A DNA stretch of 64,000 bases from Glycera tridactyla (GCA_965644265.1 OZ286476.1:23498001-23562000), one strand, 5' to 3'; counted from the first letter of the stretch, positions 1-13,589 are shown. The notes: generated by a model not told the origin, from the sequence alone. Program-made: numbers and translations.

Positions 1-2004
1 AAGACAGTGTGATCAGATTCATTTCCAATCAAAAAAGAGCAGCCAACTACTTGTACTTGCTCTGCAGATATTCTGATGATGATCTGCTCCATTTATCCTC
101 ACAATGATATGCTATCATCATAGTATCACAGAATCCGGTTTCTGTATTGGTGAAGATTTCAAAAATAGATGATTGCAATATCAATACAATTACCCATAAG
201 TTTGCCAAACAAGTTGTCAAAGACTAAGCAGTCATTTCCTTGGATATATCCAAGTGCAGACTGGAACTAGATACCGTGCTAGAAAAATTGGAATCACACC
301 ACCAAGGATACTGATTGGAAGTATTGAAATCGAATGAGATGCATGGCAAACCTTGAAACCTTGGGAAAATACATCACAGAGTAGGACATGCGAGTCATGG
401 GTCACATGCTCAATAATCTGTCCTAACCATTACGAATCTTGTCAGAGTTGAAAAAGGCAGAGTGGCCCATTCATCATCTCAAGCATCACACTTCACAATA
501 TATTCTTTATATGGTGTTTTGTCATGTTCTGACACAGTTGATCTGCATTGGAAAACTGGCCTGCAATTATCAGGATACTTTGGGTCTGTTAGTACATCAA
601 ATTTCTCCATACAATAGAGGCAGTTTGTGATGAAGTAAAATGATGAGTGTGAGCTGTGTGACTTGCTAGGAGCAAAGTTGATTCGCTGCAAGCTGCTGGC
701 CAAGCTCCATATGCAGATCACTCACTGCAAGCTGCTGGCCAAGCCCCACATGCAGATCATCATTGTGAAGCATGCTGGCCTTGATGATTGTGTCAATTCA
801 AAAATTATCTCTGTTTAAATGAGCATTGTTCATTATAATTGCACTCACCCCCACACCAGAACTTGATCATACACTTTTTCATAATTCAGCTTTCACCTGA
901 ATGCACCAATGATGAAGGTGTATGACACAAATTATAGGAACAGATTGAATCACATTGGAATGCAGATGTAAATTAGTGCCTTGAGCAGTAGCCAGTTCAA
1001 GGTTTTCAAGATGCTCAAGTGACCAAATAGTACCCCAAAATATTATATTCGAGAAATAACCTAGATGCTCCAGATGGAAAATGTATGCATTGATGTTCAA
1101 ATTGAGCACTGTGCAGAGATGAGCCATCAAGGTAATGTATGGAGCTCATTAACTTGCAGAGAAATTTTGATTTTTATGGGTGTCATTCCACCAGACCCTA
1201 AAAGGTGAAACTTCAGTCAATGATTATTGCAGACTGCTTAACATGAGAAATTCAAATGCTGGTACCGAAGTTGAGAATGCAACTTCTCTCATGTCCAATT
1301 TTCGTTGAGCAATTTCCCAATTGGTGGCCATTTTGAATTTTGAGGCAGCCATTTTGAATTTTCTATTTTATCAAATCAACTAAAACTCTCCTTCATCATT
1401 ATATATGAACAATTTATCATTGAAAATGGGAATAATGTCGTTCAAATGAAGGTATTAGAGGCAATATCACCCTTTATATTCATATCTTGATCATTTGATT
1501 GTTGGCCATTTTGAATTTGTACATATTTCCAATTGCCCAAGGGTGAGAATTTTAGACTAACCTTGGTATGTATATGGGTCGCAGGCATGAATTATCTGCA
1601 GAGAAAAAAAGCTATATCCCAAAATTTCAGGCTGTATACCTGTTCTGATTTTGTTGAAGAAATGTCTTATTTGGCAGCCGTTTTGATTTTTGAGGCGGCC
1701 ATTTGAATTTCTCTGCTCACCAAAGTAACTCAAAATTACCTCAACTATCATTCATGAGTAATTCAACATTAGAAATGAGGGTTATATTATTCAAATGAAG
1801 ATCCAATTGCCTTTTATGTGGAAACTTATCAATCGATTGGCGGCCATTGTGAATCTGCTCATTTTTCAAATTGCCCAAGGGTGAGAAGTTCACACCTACC
1901 TGGATATGTCTATATGGGTCCTACACATGAATTATCGACAAAGACAAAAACTATATCAGAGAATTTTGGGTTAGGCCAAAAATGGCCTCGTCACTGCCGG
2001 ACTA
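1..2004. mobile_element. Right arm of an Academ-like DNA transposon (left end outside window)
   Basis: Ends ...GTCACTGCCGGACTA (CTA terminus) at 2004, exactly where similarity to the 43,145 duplicate begins. Has GGCCATTTTG-rich subterminal DNA like the 3,581-10,248 element. Degenerate ORF 439-630 (LGLLVHQIS) is weakly Academ-like. Confidence 0.45.
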
Positions 2005-2007
2005 TAT

Positions 2008-3580
2008 GTAATCATCACGCTTGATGCTACTCAACATTTATACCTATGTGAACTGATGGCTATTACAATGTATAACTGATGCAATTCATCAGCAACATGC
2101 ATATCGATATCGTGCTTGCTGCTACTCAATGTCTCAATATCACAATACACAGCTGATACAATCATAACATTCCGTCATTTGCAATATTCACATATACTGA
2201 TATCTCTCTAAGCAGCGTGAAATAACTTCAATATGCACTGTATGCAACAGCGTGTAACGCTTACATATGTCACTAACTCGTATGCTATGCAATTACTAAA
2301 CGATGTGTTCTACATTTATGTCAGCCTCCAAATATCCGACGTAAATATATGCATTTGGTTCCACTTATTGTCTCATTGTCACTCTGTTCACGATGGTTGT
2401 TGTTATGCTCTTGTCAATCGAAATATCTCCCAAGAATGTTGCGAGAACTTGTTGCACACGTATCATCATTGTGGTCATCCTCATCCAAGCACACCTTAGG
2501 AATGGGGCCATTGAATACTTCAATATTTGCTTCCAGTTCAAATAGTTCTTTCATTCTAAATTTGAATCCCCTTCTCGTGGGCATTATGTCTTCACCAATG
2601 AGACAAAGATGACAAACTTGCATAATTTTGTACTCGCTGGACATAGTCACAAATAAGAAACCAGATAAGTAATATCTCGTTTCTCCTACAATGTTCTCAT
2701 ACTCGATCCTACCAGTGAGACCAATCAAATCATCTAATATCTTACATAGCATCTTCCATTTCTTGAGTGGAACCGCCATCTTTGACATTTCACCACTCCT
2801 GTCCTGATAAAGCAGACAGATAAAGATCCAGGACTGTAGGTAACAATTGTCTCGCCATCATTTTCTGCGCTGCATACTAGGTGCGACACCCCACATGTTT
2901 CTGTAATAAACAAACATCATGTACATCACCCATCTACTGATCACGACTTACACCAAATACGGATAGAAAGGTGAACCAGTGACAGAGAAGGCGTATCATT
3001 TATATCGTATGGGGGGGGCTGAGAATCTGAACGAGAGAACATGGAAGAGATATGTAACTGTCCGTCAGTCAATCACATCAATAATTTCTATAGAGAAGCG
3101 TCGAGGCCAATATCACCAAGAATCGCTTCATTTCAACCATATCACTTTCTTGCTGTGGCAATCGGCACCAGCGTCACTACTACTGTGGACTGTTCTGGAA
3201 TGCTGAACATTCCACTATAATACGTATTATAAATTATGTACAAAGTGATGTCGAAAGTTTTCTCTATTATTGGAATATTTCCTGATATCCCTTGTCAAAG
3301 CAATTCGTTGCCACCATCATCTCTGCTCCATATGTCTATTGATTCCTAACCGCCTCATTAAGTCATTGTAAAGAAAATGCACGATTCTCATTAGCAAACT
3401 TGATACGTTTCTTTCTCTTAGTGTTGCCGACTCATCTCCGAGATGTGGATATGAAATACCCACGACACTAACATAGACCTGACAAGGCACATGGAATCAT
3501 CGTTATTCATGAAACAATTGAGTGCTACCCTTCATGATCATTATGTTTGCACTCCAAAACGGAGACTGCCCCTTCCCTAA
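2008..3580 (-). pseudogene. Decayed orphan genes of the AT-rich Polinton-like lineage (includes ORF 2414-2788)
   Basis: Near-identical to 43,145-44,710. The 2.9-3.5 kb part recurs at 13.0-13.6, 44.1-44.7 and 47.4-47.95 kb. Confidence 0.5.
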
Positions 3581-4421
3581 TAGCTCAGCAGATTGGTGAA
3601 AAAATTGTGCATTTTATGGTGATTATGGTAAAAGCATGAAATTTTCAGCGAAGATGTTTTCAATGATCCTGAATGATTTTGGATATAGACCCACCTTGGA
3701 TCTGTTCATATTTCAAGATGGCCACCAAAATCTAAGATGGCCAACAGATTGCCAAGTATAAAAATCTCAGGAAACAATAATGATGCCACCAGCATGTGTG
3801 ATACCTCTATTTGAGAGTAATTTTGATGCGGAATCCATGTATACCAATATTGAAACCTTTACATAGATGTAGTTAGTCAATACAAAAATAACATCGATTG
3901 GGATCCAATTTTTCAGATAATTTGCATCAGTGATATCAATACTATACATATCGCCTGTTTTGGTACATGAAACTTATATATATATATAATATATTCCTGA
4001 CATTTTGAGGCACATGGAAACCTTCACCCTGTAATTGTTTTACAATAATAGGAGTAAGTGTTAATAGGTTCATGTATGTCATGCCATATCACGCTGAACC
4101 AGAACCAACCAACCAACAACCAACAACTTCAATGAATGATGGACCCCCTTCATCATACCGGTAATACCTATTTGTTTGTAGCAAATTGGGAGCTCATCTT
4201 AGGTTTCATGAAACATATAATTTTTCACAGGATGCCAAGCTCAGATCATCAATCGTCAAAATACTGCCAGCTCACTAATAAGTGATTAGAATTCTTGGTT
4301 CAGACTTGGATTTGTTTGAGCCAGTACATCACATGAACTTGAAATCAACTTGTGGTGGAGTACATGCTCATTCATATGCATAGGAATTGAAACAAGACTA
4401 TTGACATAGGATGAATTTGCA

Positions 4422-5680
4422 CTAGTTCATACTGAGCTCGCTACATTCCTCACAACAGAGGCACAAAGATGTGCACTTCAAGTCCATTTTGGCACAGCTA
4501 CAACCTCTGCTTATCTTGCATACAGTCTTGCATCTACACTGGATGAGTTCTCTGCAAGCTCTGGTGGCCAAGGGGCCACATGTCCACAGAGGTTCCCACA
4601 TGTCACTGGTGTCTGCTCCAACCCATCCCCAAATACTTGGATCAGGGATTTCAGGTGATTTCAAGAGGGCTTGGCCCCAGGTGTGACCAGCTTAAAAAGT
4701 TGCATGTCTGATATGCTGAATAAGACTGCCTTGTGTAGGAGGAATGTCCATCATTCGCTTATTCTTTCAAGTGAAGAGTTCCTTTCTGAAGGCATTAACC
4801 TCTGTTTGTGTGCTTGTTCTGTCATACAGAATGACAGTGAATCTCTCAACTGCAGTGAGGTGGTTTGGATCACGTTGCTATGGAGCCTGGGACAGTGTGG
4901 TGAAACTGGAGTAATTTCTTGATAAAACAACCAAGTGTCCCAAGCACTGTGTTTAGATTTACTTTAAAACCCTGATATTGTATCACAGCCTGTGAAGGCA
5001 TGGAAGAACAAAAGACCTGATGCTTTCTCAGGACCAAGATTCTGAGTGATATGGTGGACTGGTACTGTCGAAACCCTCTACCTGTACCAAAATGTATCCA
5101 TAACTCTGTGATTGCTGGTATGGTGTTTACAAGTGATATGGCTAATACTAGAACATCAGTGTCAACTGTATGTATGCTAACCAGAGAATGGCCAGTACGT
5201 GCAGCATCAGCCATGTGTACAAATATCCTGGTGTCTGCTTTCTCATCACTGCATGGAGTAAGGTATTATGTCTCATCATCTGGATATGGGTAGGAAGTAT
5301 CATGAGAGGTCACAAAAAGCTGCTTTCCATCAAGTGTTTCAACATCCATTCAACATTGTCATTCCTCAACAAATAACTGATATTGATCGTGTCCCAACTA
5401 TTGAAACCCTCTCACTGTGGTAATCACCGCATGGTCAGCAATCTCTTTGCTGTCCAAAGCAAGAATATCAGAAGACATCTCCAAAAATTGACTGCCCATC
5501 TTTTCCCCTCTTTCATAAATGACTGCTGTATCCCAGCAGTTTGCTCATGATGGTGTGCATACTCTTCGCATGTTCTGATATAAGCCACATTTTTCTTAAT
5601 CTGGTTGCACCACCTTTCATTGGAGCATTGTGTTGTTCATGGGCTTGATCTAGTGGCATGGCTGAAAGCTTTCTTGTGGG
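4422..5680 (-). pseudogene. Academ transposase C-terminal part (XPG/PIN-like + Cys8 zinc finger), duplicate copy
   Basis: Motifs IHTVDTDVLVLA, DQAHEQHNA and CRCKTVCKISRGCSCAKMDLKCTSLCLC; frameshifted. Confidence 0.85.
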
Positions 5681-5689
5681 AGACAAACT

Positions 5690-6194
5690 GGAAATGACAA
5701 AAATGAGTATAACCTCAATAATTTGCAACCTTTCCGGGATGATGCAAGTGATGGAGAATTCTTAGACCGGCAATGCTGAAACATGAAAACCATCAGATAT
5801 TGATCTGAGATCTGTTATGCCATTAGGGCTGAAGACCAGGCATGCATGGAATTGGCCATTTATCGATTATAATAATTCTGAGGAAAACAGCACTCATGTT
5901 TGGAGATATTATGGACATGTTACCCCTTCAACATATGCCATGTCATATCTTATATCAAACTGACGGGTATTTTCTTTATTGTGGTATCATTGTAAGTCAT
6001 TTATCTGTACGCACATTCCACCCTGACCATGTCTGTTTCTAAAGGTCATGCTAACTTGATGGTTGTGAAAGAAGGCTAAAGAGAACCTGTCTGTTGTGGA
6101 TGCTATGTGAACAATTCTGGTGCTTCATCAGACAGGAGGGGATGGAAATATGGCAGGCCATTTGCACCAGCGCAAGATAGAGACATGGACACGG
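5690..6194 (+). repeat. Inverted copy of ~11,150-11,650 captured inside the Academ element
   Basis: AAAATGAGTATAACCTCAATAATTT and following sequence is the reverse complement of the 11.15-11.65 kb region. Confidence 0.85.
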
Positions 6195-6870
6195 AGATTG
6201 CCAAGTATAAAAATCTCAGGAAACAATAATGATGCCACCAGCATGTGTGCGATACCTCTATTTGAAAGTAATTTTGATGCAGAATCCATGTATACCAATA
6301 TTGAAAACATTTACATGAATGTAGTTAGTCAATACAAAAATAACATCGATTGGGATTAATTTTTCAGATAATTTCCATCAGTGATAACGATACTCTACAT
6401 ATTGCCTGTTTCGGTACATGAAACTCATATATATATAATATATTCCTGACATTTTGGGGCACATGGAAACCTTCACCCAGTAATTGTTTTACAATAATAG
6501 GTGTAAGTGTTAATAGGTTCATGTATGTCATGCCATATCACGTTAAACCAGAACCAACCAACCAACAACCAACAACTCCAATGAATGATGGACCCCCTTC
6601 ATCATACCGGTAATACCTTTTTGTTTGTAGCGAATTGGGAGCTCATCTTAGGTTTCATGAAACATATAATTTTTCACAGGATGCCAAGCTCAGATCATCA
6701 TTCGTCGAGATACTGCCAGCTCACTAATAAGTGTTTAGAAATCTTGGTTCAGACTTGGATTTGTTTGAGCCAGTACATCACATGAACTTGAAATCAACTT
6801 CTGGTGGAGTACATGCTCATCCATATGCATAGGAATTGAAACAAGACTATTGACATAGGATGAATTTGCA

Positions 6871-9590
6871 CTAGTTCATACTGAGCTCGCTACATTCCTC
6901 ACAACAGAGGCACAAAGATGTGCACTTCAAGTCCATTTTGGCACAGCTATAACCTCTGCTTATCTTGCATACAGTCTTGCATCTACACTGGATGAGTTCT
7001 CTGCAAGCTCTGGTGGCCAAGGGGCCACATGTCCATAGAGGTTCCCACATGTCACTGGTGTCTGCTTTAACCCATCCCCAATTACCTGGATCAGGGATTT
7101 CAGGTGATTTCAAGAGGGCTTGGCCCCAGGTGTGACCAGCTTGAAAAGTTGCATGTCTGATATGCTGAATAAGACTGCCTTGTGTAGGAGGAATGTCCAT
7201 CATTCGCTTATTCTTTCAAGTGAAGAGTTCCTTTCTGAAGGCATTAACCTCTGTTTGTGTGCTTGTTCTGTCATACGGAATGACAGTGAATCTCTCAACT
7301 GCAGTGAGGTGGTTTGGATCAAGTTGCTTTGGAGCCTGGGACAGTGTGGTGAAACTGGAGTAATTTCTTGATAAAACAACCAAGTGTCCCAAGCACTGTG
7401 TTTAGATTTACTTTAAAACCCTGATATTGTATCACAGCCTGTGAAGGCATGGAAGAACAAAAGACCTGATGCTTTCTCAGGACCAAGATTCTGAGTGATA
7501 TGGTGGACTGGTACTGTCGAAACCCTCTACCTGTACCAAAATGTATCCATAGCTCTGTGATTGCTGGTATGGTGTTTACAAGTGATATGGCTAATACTAG
7601 AACATCAGTGTCAACTGTATGTATGCTAACCAGAGAATGGCCATTACGTGCAGCATCAGCCATGTGTACAAATATCCTTGTTTCTGTTTTCTAATCACTG
7701 CAAGGAGTAAGGTATTATGTCTCATTATCTGGATATGGGGAGAAAGTATCATGAGAGGTCACAAAAAGCTGCTTTCCATCTAGTATTTCAACATCCATTC
7801 AACATTGTCATTCCTCAACAAATGACTAATATTGATCGTGTCCCAACTATTGAAACCCTCTCACTGAGATAATCACTGCATGGTCAGCAATCTCTTTGCT
7901 GTCCAAAGCAAGAATATCAGAAGACATCTCCAAAAATTGACTGCCCATCTTTTCCCCTCTTTCATGAATGACCGCTGTATCCCAGCAGTTTGCTCATGAT
8001 GGTGTGCATACTCTTTGCATGTTCTGATATAAGCCACATCTGGTATGGTGTTTACAAGTGATATGGCTAATACTAGAACATCAGTGTCAACTGTATGTAT
8101 GCTAACCAGAGAATGGCCAGTACGTGCAGCATCAGCCATGTGTACAAATATCCTGGTGTCTGTTTTCTCATCACTGCATGGAGTAAGGTATTATGTCTCA
8201 TTATCTGGATATGGGGAGAAAGTATCATGAGAGGTCACAAAAAGCTGCTTTCCATCTAGTATTTCGACATCCATTCAACATTGTCATTCCTCAACAAATG
8301 ACTGATATCGATCGTGTCCCAACTATTGAAACCCTCTCACTGTGATAATCACTGCATGGTCAGCAATCTCTCTGCTGTCCAAAGCAAGAATATCAGAAGG
8401 CATCTCCAAAAATTGACTGCCCATCTTTTCCCCTCTTTCATGAATGACCGCTGTATCCCAGCAGTTTGCTCATGATGGTGTGCATACTCTTTGCATGTTC
8501 TGATATAAGCCACATCTTTCTTAATCTGGTTGCACCACCTTTCATTGGAGCATTGTGTTGTTCATTGGCTTGCTCTAGTGCCATTGCTGAAAACTTTCTT
8601 GTGGTCATGTGGAATACAAACTGACCATTCATAAACTCAATGTACAAGTTCTGATGCGGGTCTTCCAGGGTCACCATGTCTCTGATATGCACTAGAAGCC
8701 AGCAAGCATAATTGGCATGGTCAAGTGCAAACATCCAAGGGACAAATTTAGAAAGTGATTCAATACAAAGCTGGAAGTCTCATTCTCCAATGGATCTGGC
8801 ATAGATTAGAAATAATAGCTCAAGCTCCAAAGTGAGGTACCAAAACCTGAATATTGGAGTCTGCTGAGATTGATATACAATCCAATCTTCTTGAGTAAGT
8901 GTTTGTTTCTGTTCTGGTATAGTGCTGGCATAGTCCCTGTAAGCATTAGTCAGAAGAATGTTTAGACAAGTGGCAGTGACCTCATGTACATGTGCAGCTT
9001 TGGGAAATGCTTCTGCTTTTCTTGGTGATGCAATATTGGCCTGTACCAGCTCATTGGTCCACAAAACTTGCAGCATCATGTAGCTTATTTCTTTCTTTCC
9101 CTTCACTGTCACAGAAGAAACATACATTCAGTTCTTCATATGTGTCTTTATTTTGGCCCATGTCACTCTGTCGAATATATTTCATCTAAGTTGGAGACTG
9201 GCTTGGAGTTTTTGAGACTTCTACACCTTCACCATCATTAAACCCCTACAGTTTGAAAGGCAACAAATTCAAGTGTGAAAATCTTTGAAGGTTATTTGCT
9301 ATTGCCCCATCCCCAGCACCCACATTGGTATGCTTACTATATGCTGGACATTTCATTGTGCCATCATATTTCTGGCAGATGATGCAGAGTGTATGATCTT
9401 GAGGACAATTCTCACACTGATGACTCTCCCTGGTTACTGCCAACTAACTCCATGGAAACCACCACCAAAGCTTCTAAGCATGCAACTGAGTTTCTATACC
9501 TTTAAACCCGTCTTGACCTGAGAATATAGAAAGGAATGACACATCATCATTCTTTCAACATCCGAATTCAAAATAAAATAACATATCTAG
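6871..9590 (-). pseudogene. Academ transposase/XPG/Cys8 polyprotein gene, disrupted
   Basis: N-terminal CIICQ..CP, catalytic-region FALDHANYACWL..HIRDM and FSAMALEQANEQHNA, XPG-like VDTDV, C-terminal Cys8; includes an internal ~474-bp duplication (7566-8040 vs 8040-8510). Confidence 0.85.
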
Positions 9591-10519
9591 TCCAACAACC
9601 ATGGTCTGAAGAATGAAAGCTCCAGCTTCAGTGAAATAACCTTGTTATGATTATCCAATCTTTTAAATCGAAATCCTGAACAGAGGTATATGATAAACAA
9701 ATTCCTCAACTGATGTTCGAATTTCTGAACATACAGCAATAAACATACCTGATGATACCATCTTATTGAATGATTCTGAATGCAATGTGAAGAGCTGCAA
9801 ATGTACTGAATGAAAGTTGTTTTATTGTATGAAGTGGTAGACATTCAAGCAGAACTTGTGTAACTGCTCATGAATGTGGTACAAAATATTGTTACAATGC
9901 ATTTGTATTTCCGAATTCACCCCACTTAAAATAGATTGATCAATCCTGAATCACTGAAACTTTCAGAAATGGTCTAGATATTATAACCATGACATTCCCC
10001 ATTGAAAATACATATGAATTGAGGTACTGCATGAGGGATTATGGTGATTAGTTCATTCTATATAGTCATTTTGAGATTCTTTGGCAGCCATCTTGGATCT
10101 GTGGCTGCCATCTTGGAAATATAGCTTCCCCAGGGTGGGTCTATATCTGAATTCATTTGGGATGGTCCAGTGACTATTTGTACCAAATTTCATGCTTTTA
10201 CCATAAAATGCACAATTCACCATTTTTCGTCACCAATCTGCTGGGCTATAAAGGAATCGACCGGATCTGACAGAACCTCGACATGGGGCACTTCCCTCAT
10301 TCAGGTTATTCATCAGCTGTCACTGGATTCTCTCATCAGACAACAAACTTTCCTCCATTGATACCAATGCTGCCAACTGCTCCCCAGACATGTGACGGAC
10401 CTGCTGACGCGTTTATAAAAACTTGTTGCGTCAGCAGATCAGAGAAGTGTGAACCAATTCCTAAAAAATATCTAGACCATAGATAAAACAATACTGAAAT
10501 GATACATGCACAGGCGACG

Positions 10520-11900
10520 AATCAGTTATCGTATCTTTCAGAACAGAAAGGGTAGAATGTCTTCACAGATAAATGACTCACCATGGCACGAAAAGAACTG
10601 TCGGTTCGATGTGATATCACATGGCATATGTACGTGGAAGGTGACATGTTCATAAAAAATGGCTTTTTGTATCATGCCCACATTGTCTCACTATGTCTGC
10701 AGCCAAATCAGTATCCTCCCAGATCCAGATGACTGGGCGCTGCTTCTACGTTGATGTTCTCTCTCTCATGCTGGTGCAAATGGCCTGCCATATTTCCATC
10801 CTCGCCTGTCTGATGGAGTGCCAGGATTGTCTGCGTGGCATCCACGACCATCAGGTTCTCTTCAACCCCCTTCACAACCAGCCAGTTATCGTAACCTATA
10901 GAAACAGAAATGGGTGGGATAGAATGTGGGATAGAATGAAACAGGATGGCCCACAATATAGAAAATACAGGTCAGTTTGCTATAAGATATAACATCGCAT
11001 ATGTTGAAGGGGTGTTCTTTGAAGGTAACATGTCCATGAAAATGGTGTGTTTCATATCATGCGCAGGTTGTCTCACTATATCTGTAGCTGAGCCAGTATC
11101 CCCCAGGGTCCAGATTACGAGGTGCTGTTTCTATGTTGGTGATCTCTATCTTGCGCTGGTGCAAATGGCCTGCCATATTTCCATCCCCTCCTGTCTGATG
11201 AAGCACCAGAATTGTCTACATAGCATCCACAACAGACAGGTTCTCTTTAGCCTCCTTCACAACCATCAAGTTATCATAACCTTTAGAAACAGACATGGTC
11301 AGGGTAGAATGTGCGTACAGATAAATGACTTACAATGACACCACAATAAAGAAAATACCCGTCAGTTTGATATAAGATATGACATGGCATATGTTGAAGG
11401 GGTGTTGAGGGGGTAACATGTCCATAATATCTCCAAACCTGAGTGCCGTTTTCCTCAGAATTATTATAATCGATAAATGGCCAATTCCATGCATGCCTGG
11501 TCTTTAGCCCTAATGGCATGAAAAATCTCAGATCAATATCTGATGTCTTTCATGTTTGGAAGCTCATATTGCCAGTCTAAGTATTCTTCATCACTTGCAT
11601 CATCCTGGAAAGTTTGTAAATTATTGAGGTTATACTCATTTTTTTTCACACCATCAGGCTGTTCCACCATGAAGGTCTGAGGAATAATATGCTCCTGCTG
11701 TGTTGCATTCTTGGATAATCTTCCAACCTCGAGTAGACCAGCGACTGAAATCACATAATGCTGATAGTTCTCTGTTGTCTTGTCTGTCCTCATTGTATAA
11801 TTCGGGTATAGCACATAGGATGAATACATCCTCAGCCAAAGCACTAGGCATAACTTTCTCGGATTCAGCAATTGTCTCTTTCTACTTGCTGGCGTGGACT
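10520..11900 (-). pseudogene. Orphan gene: acidic N-terminus (DDASDEEYLDWQY) followed by ~127-aa tandem repeats
   Basis: ~385-bp period (marker TGGCCTGCCATATTTCC at 10781 and 11166). The frame YDNWLVVKG..NL.VVDA.QTIL.LHQT..DGNMAGHLHQ runs in-frame across units. Confidence 0.55.
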
Positions 11901-12179
11901 CCTGAAATGGAAACCACTCATCATCACCACTATATCAAAGCCTGCTGCACTATTATATCTTCACATAAAACAGTCAAGTCATCATGACGACACATAACAT
12001 TCCGACTGAAATATGGTCAGTTTACATCACATGACATTTCCACAAGGAATCATATTGTGCTACATAGCATGTCCTCTACTAACCTATTCAGTACATTGGT
12101 AGAGACTCTTCATACCGAGCACCACCTATTGCCAACGAGACAAAACAACAGCAAATGCTTGACTCACTTCCCCCATCAC

Positions 12180-12730
12180 CGATCACATTAGATTGGCGCA
12201 CATTCCACAACTCGCTGTCACAAATAATTGACTAAATGCCAGTTTGAACACAGATGACCAGAAAAGCGCATTTGCTAATGATCCTGTAGGTAGTTAATCA
12301 GAAGCTTCGTGACCTCCTTCAACTTTGAATAGATTTTTGAACATGATCTAGCAGAACAGTCACAAATGTTTTTCATGCCATTCATCGAGACGATCACATC
12401 GCCAAGCAGCAATCGAGCGAAAACCTTGTGGATAGGTAAGGAATAAATAGACCTAATATCCCTCAACAGGTACACTACACATAAATACTTACTTGGCGAG
12501 ACAAAAGTGGTCCCATTTTTGTGTACTCTTCATTACCTACAGATACTCTTTTGCATTGCGAAACTCAGTGTTTACTGCAGGATACTGATTTTCCTCAAGA
12601 TTCATCGTGATCCTGCTCATTATATGAAAACATTTGCACCATGGCAAAAGGCACCACCTTAACATCCACGACATGCTGGCAAATCCTCTTGCAGAAACAT
12701 GCACCCTTGCAGAAGATGGAAACAGCTATT
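12180..12730 (-). pseudogene. Orphan 'EENQYP' gene immediately downstream of pPolB
   Basis: Motifs SMSW..C.F..WC.C, EENQYPAV and SLANALFWSAVFKM are shared with copies at 14.5, 23.7, 26.1, 29.0, 46.7 and 48.7 kb. Confidence 0.55.
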
Positions 12731-12900
12731 GAGATCTGGTACCCAAACAGCAAGGTCATGCCACGATCTAAATCCGCTGTTATCAACAGTGAACTGATAT
12801 CTCTCTGTGCTTGATGTTCAAATGATGACCTTCAAAGATTGCTTGTCTTTTTCGATTGATGGTGGTTGCACCTTGATAACCTTATTTGTAATGTGGACGA
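12730..12900 (-). pseudogene. pPolB: pPolB C-terminal fragment
   Basis: KVQPPSIEKDKQSLKV matches VHQPSIEKDKQTLQV at the end of the 29.2 and 49.2 kb pPolB copies. Confidence 0.75.
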
Positions 12901-13242
12901 GAAAACGTGGGAGAGGTATGTAACTGTCCGTCAGTCTATCACATAAGTGATATCTAGAGAGATGAAGAGTCTCTCTCTCTAACTCACACACACAAATAAG
13001 AGTCCATCTGTCAATCTCCCTGTCTGAAATCAAGGTGGAAGAAGTATCCAACTGTCTGTCAGTCTATCACATCAATAATTTCTATAGAGAAGCATCGAGG
13101 CCAATATCACCAAGAATCGCTTCATTTTAACCATATCACTTTCTTGCAGCAGCGATTGGCACCAGCTTCACTACTACTGTGAACTGTTCTGGAACCCTGA
13201 ACATTCCACTGTAATACGTATTAGAGATTATGTACATAGCGA

Positions 13243-13416
13243 TGTCGAAAGTTTTTCCAATCATTGGAATATTTCCTGATATCCTTTGTCAAAGCAATAC
13301 GTTGCCATCATCATCATCTCTGCTCCATATGTCGAAAGTTTTTCCAATCATTGGAATATTTCCTGATATCCTTTGTCAAAGCAATACGTTGCCATCATCA
13401 TCATCTCTGCTCCATA
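13243..13416. repeat. 87-bp tandem duplication
   Basis: TGTCGAAAGTTTTTCC... starts at 13243 and again at 13330. Confidence 0.9.
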
Positions 13417-13589
13417 TGCCTATTCATTCCTAACCCGACTCAGTAAGTCATTGTAAACTAAAAGAAAATGCACGATTCTCAATAGCAATCATGACACACT
13501 TCTTTCCCTTAATGTTGCCAACTCATGTTCAAGATGTGGATATGAAATGGCCACGACACTAACATAGCCCTGACAAGGCACATGGAAAC

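Larger units (their letters stand above)
3581..10248 (-). mobile_element. AcademX DNA transposon, internally rearranged, non-functional
   Basis: TIRs TAGCTCAGCAGATTGGTGA / TCACCAATCTGCTGGGCTA and a 3-bp TSD TAA (3578-3580, 10249-10251). Empty site CCCTAAAGGAATC at ~44,705. Transposase, XPG-like and Cys8 motifs inside. Confidence 0.92.

Noticed and set aside
10520-11500. TGA recoding (Trp/Sec) in the 127-aa repeat gene, since TGA recurs at aligned positions
   Set aside because: The same copies also have TAA/TAG stops and frameshifts; shared descent and CpG decay explain the recurrence.
13230-13446. Repeat-containing small proteins with poly-His
   Set aside because: By-product of the 87-bp tandem duplication.
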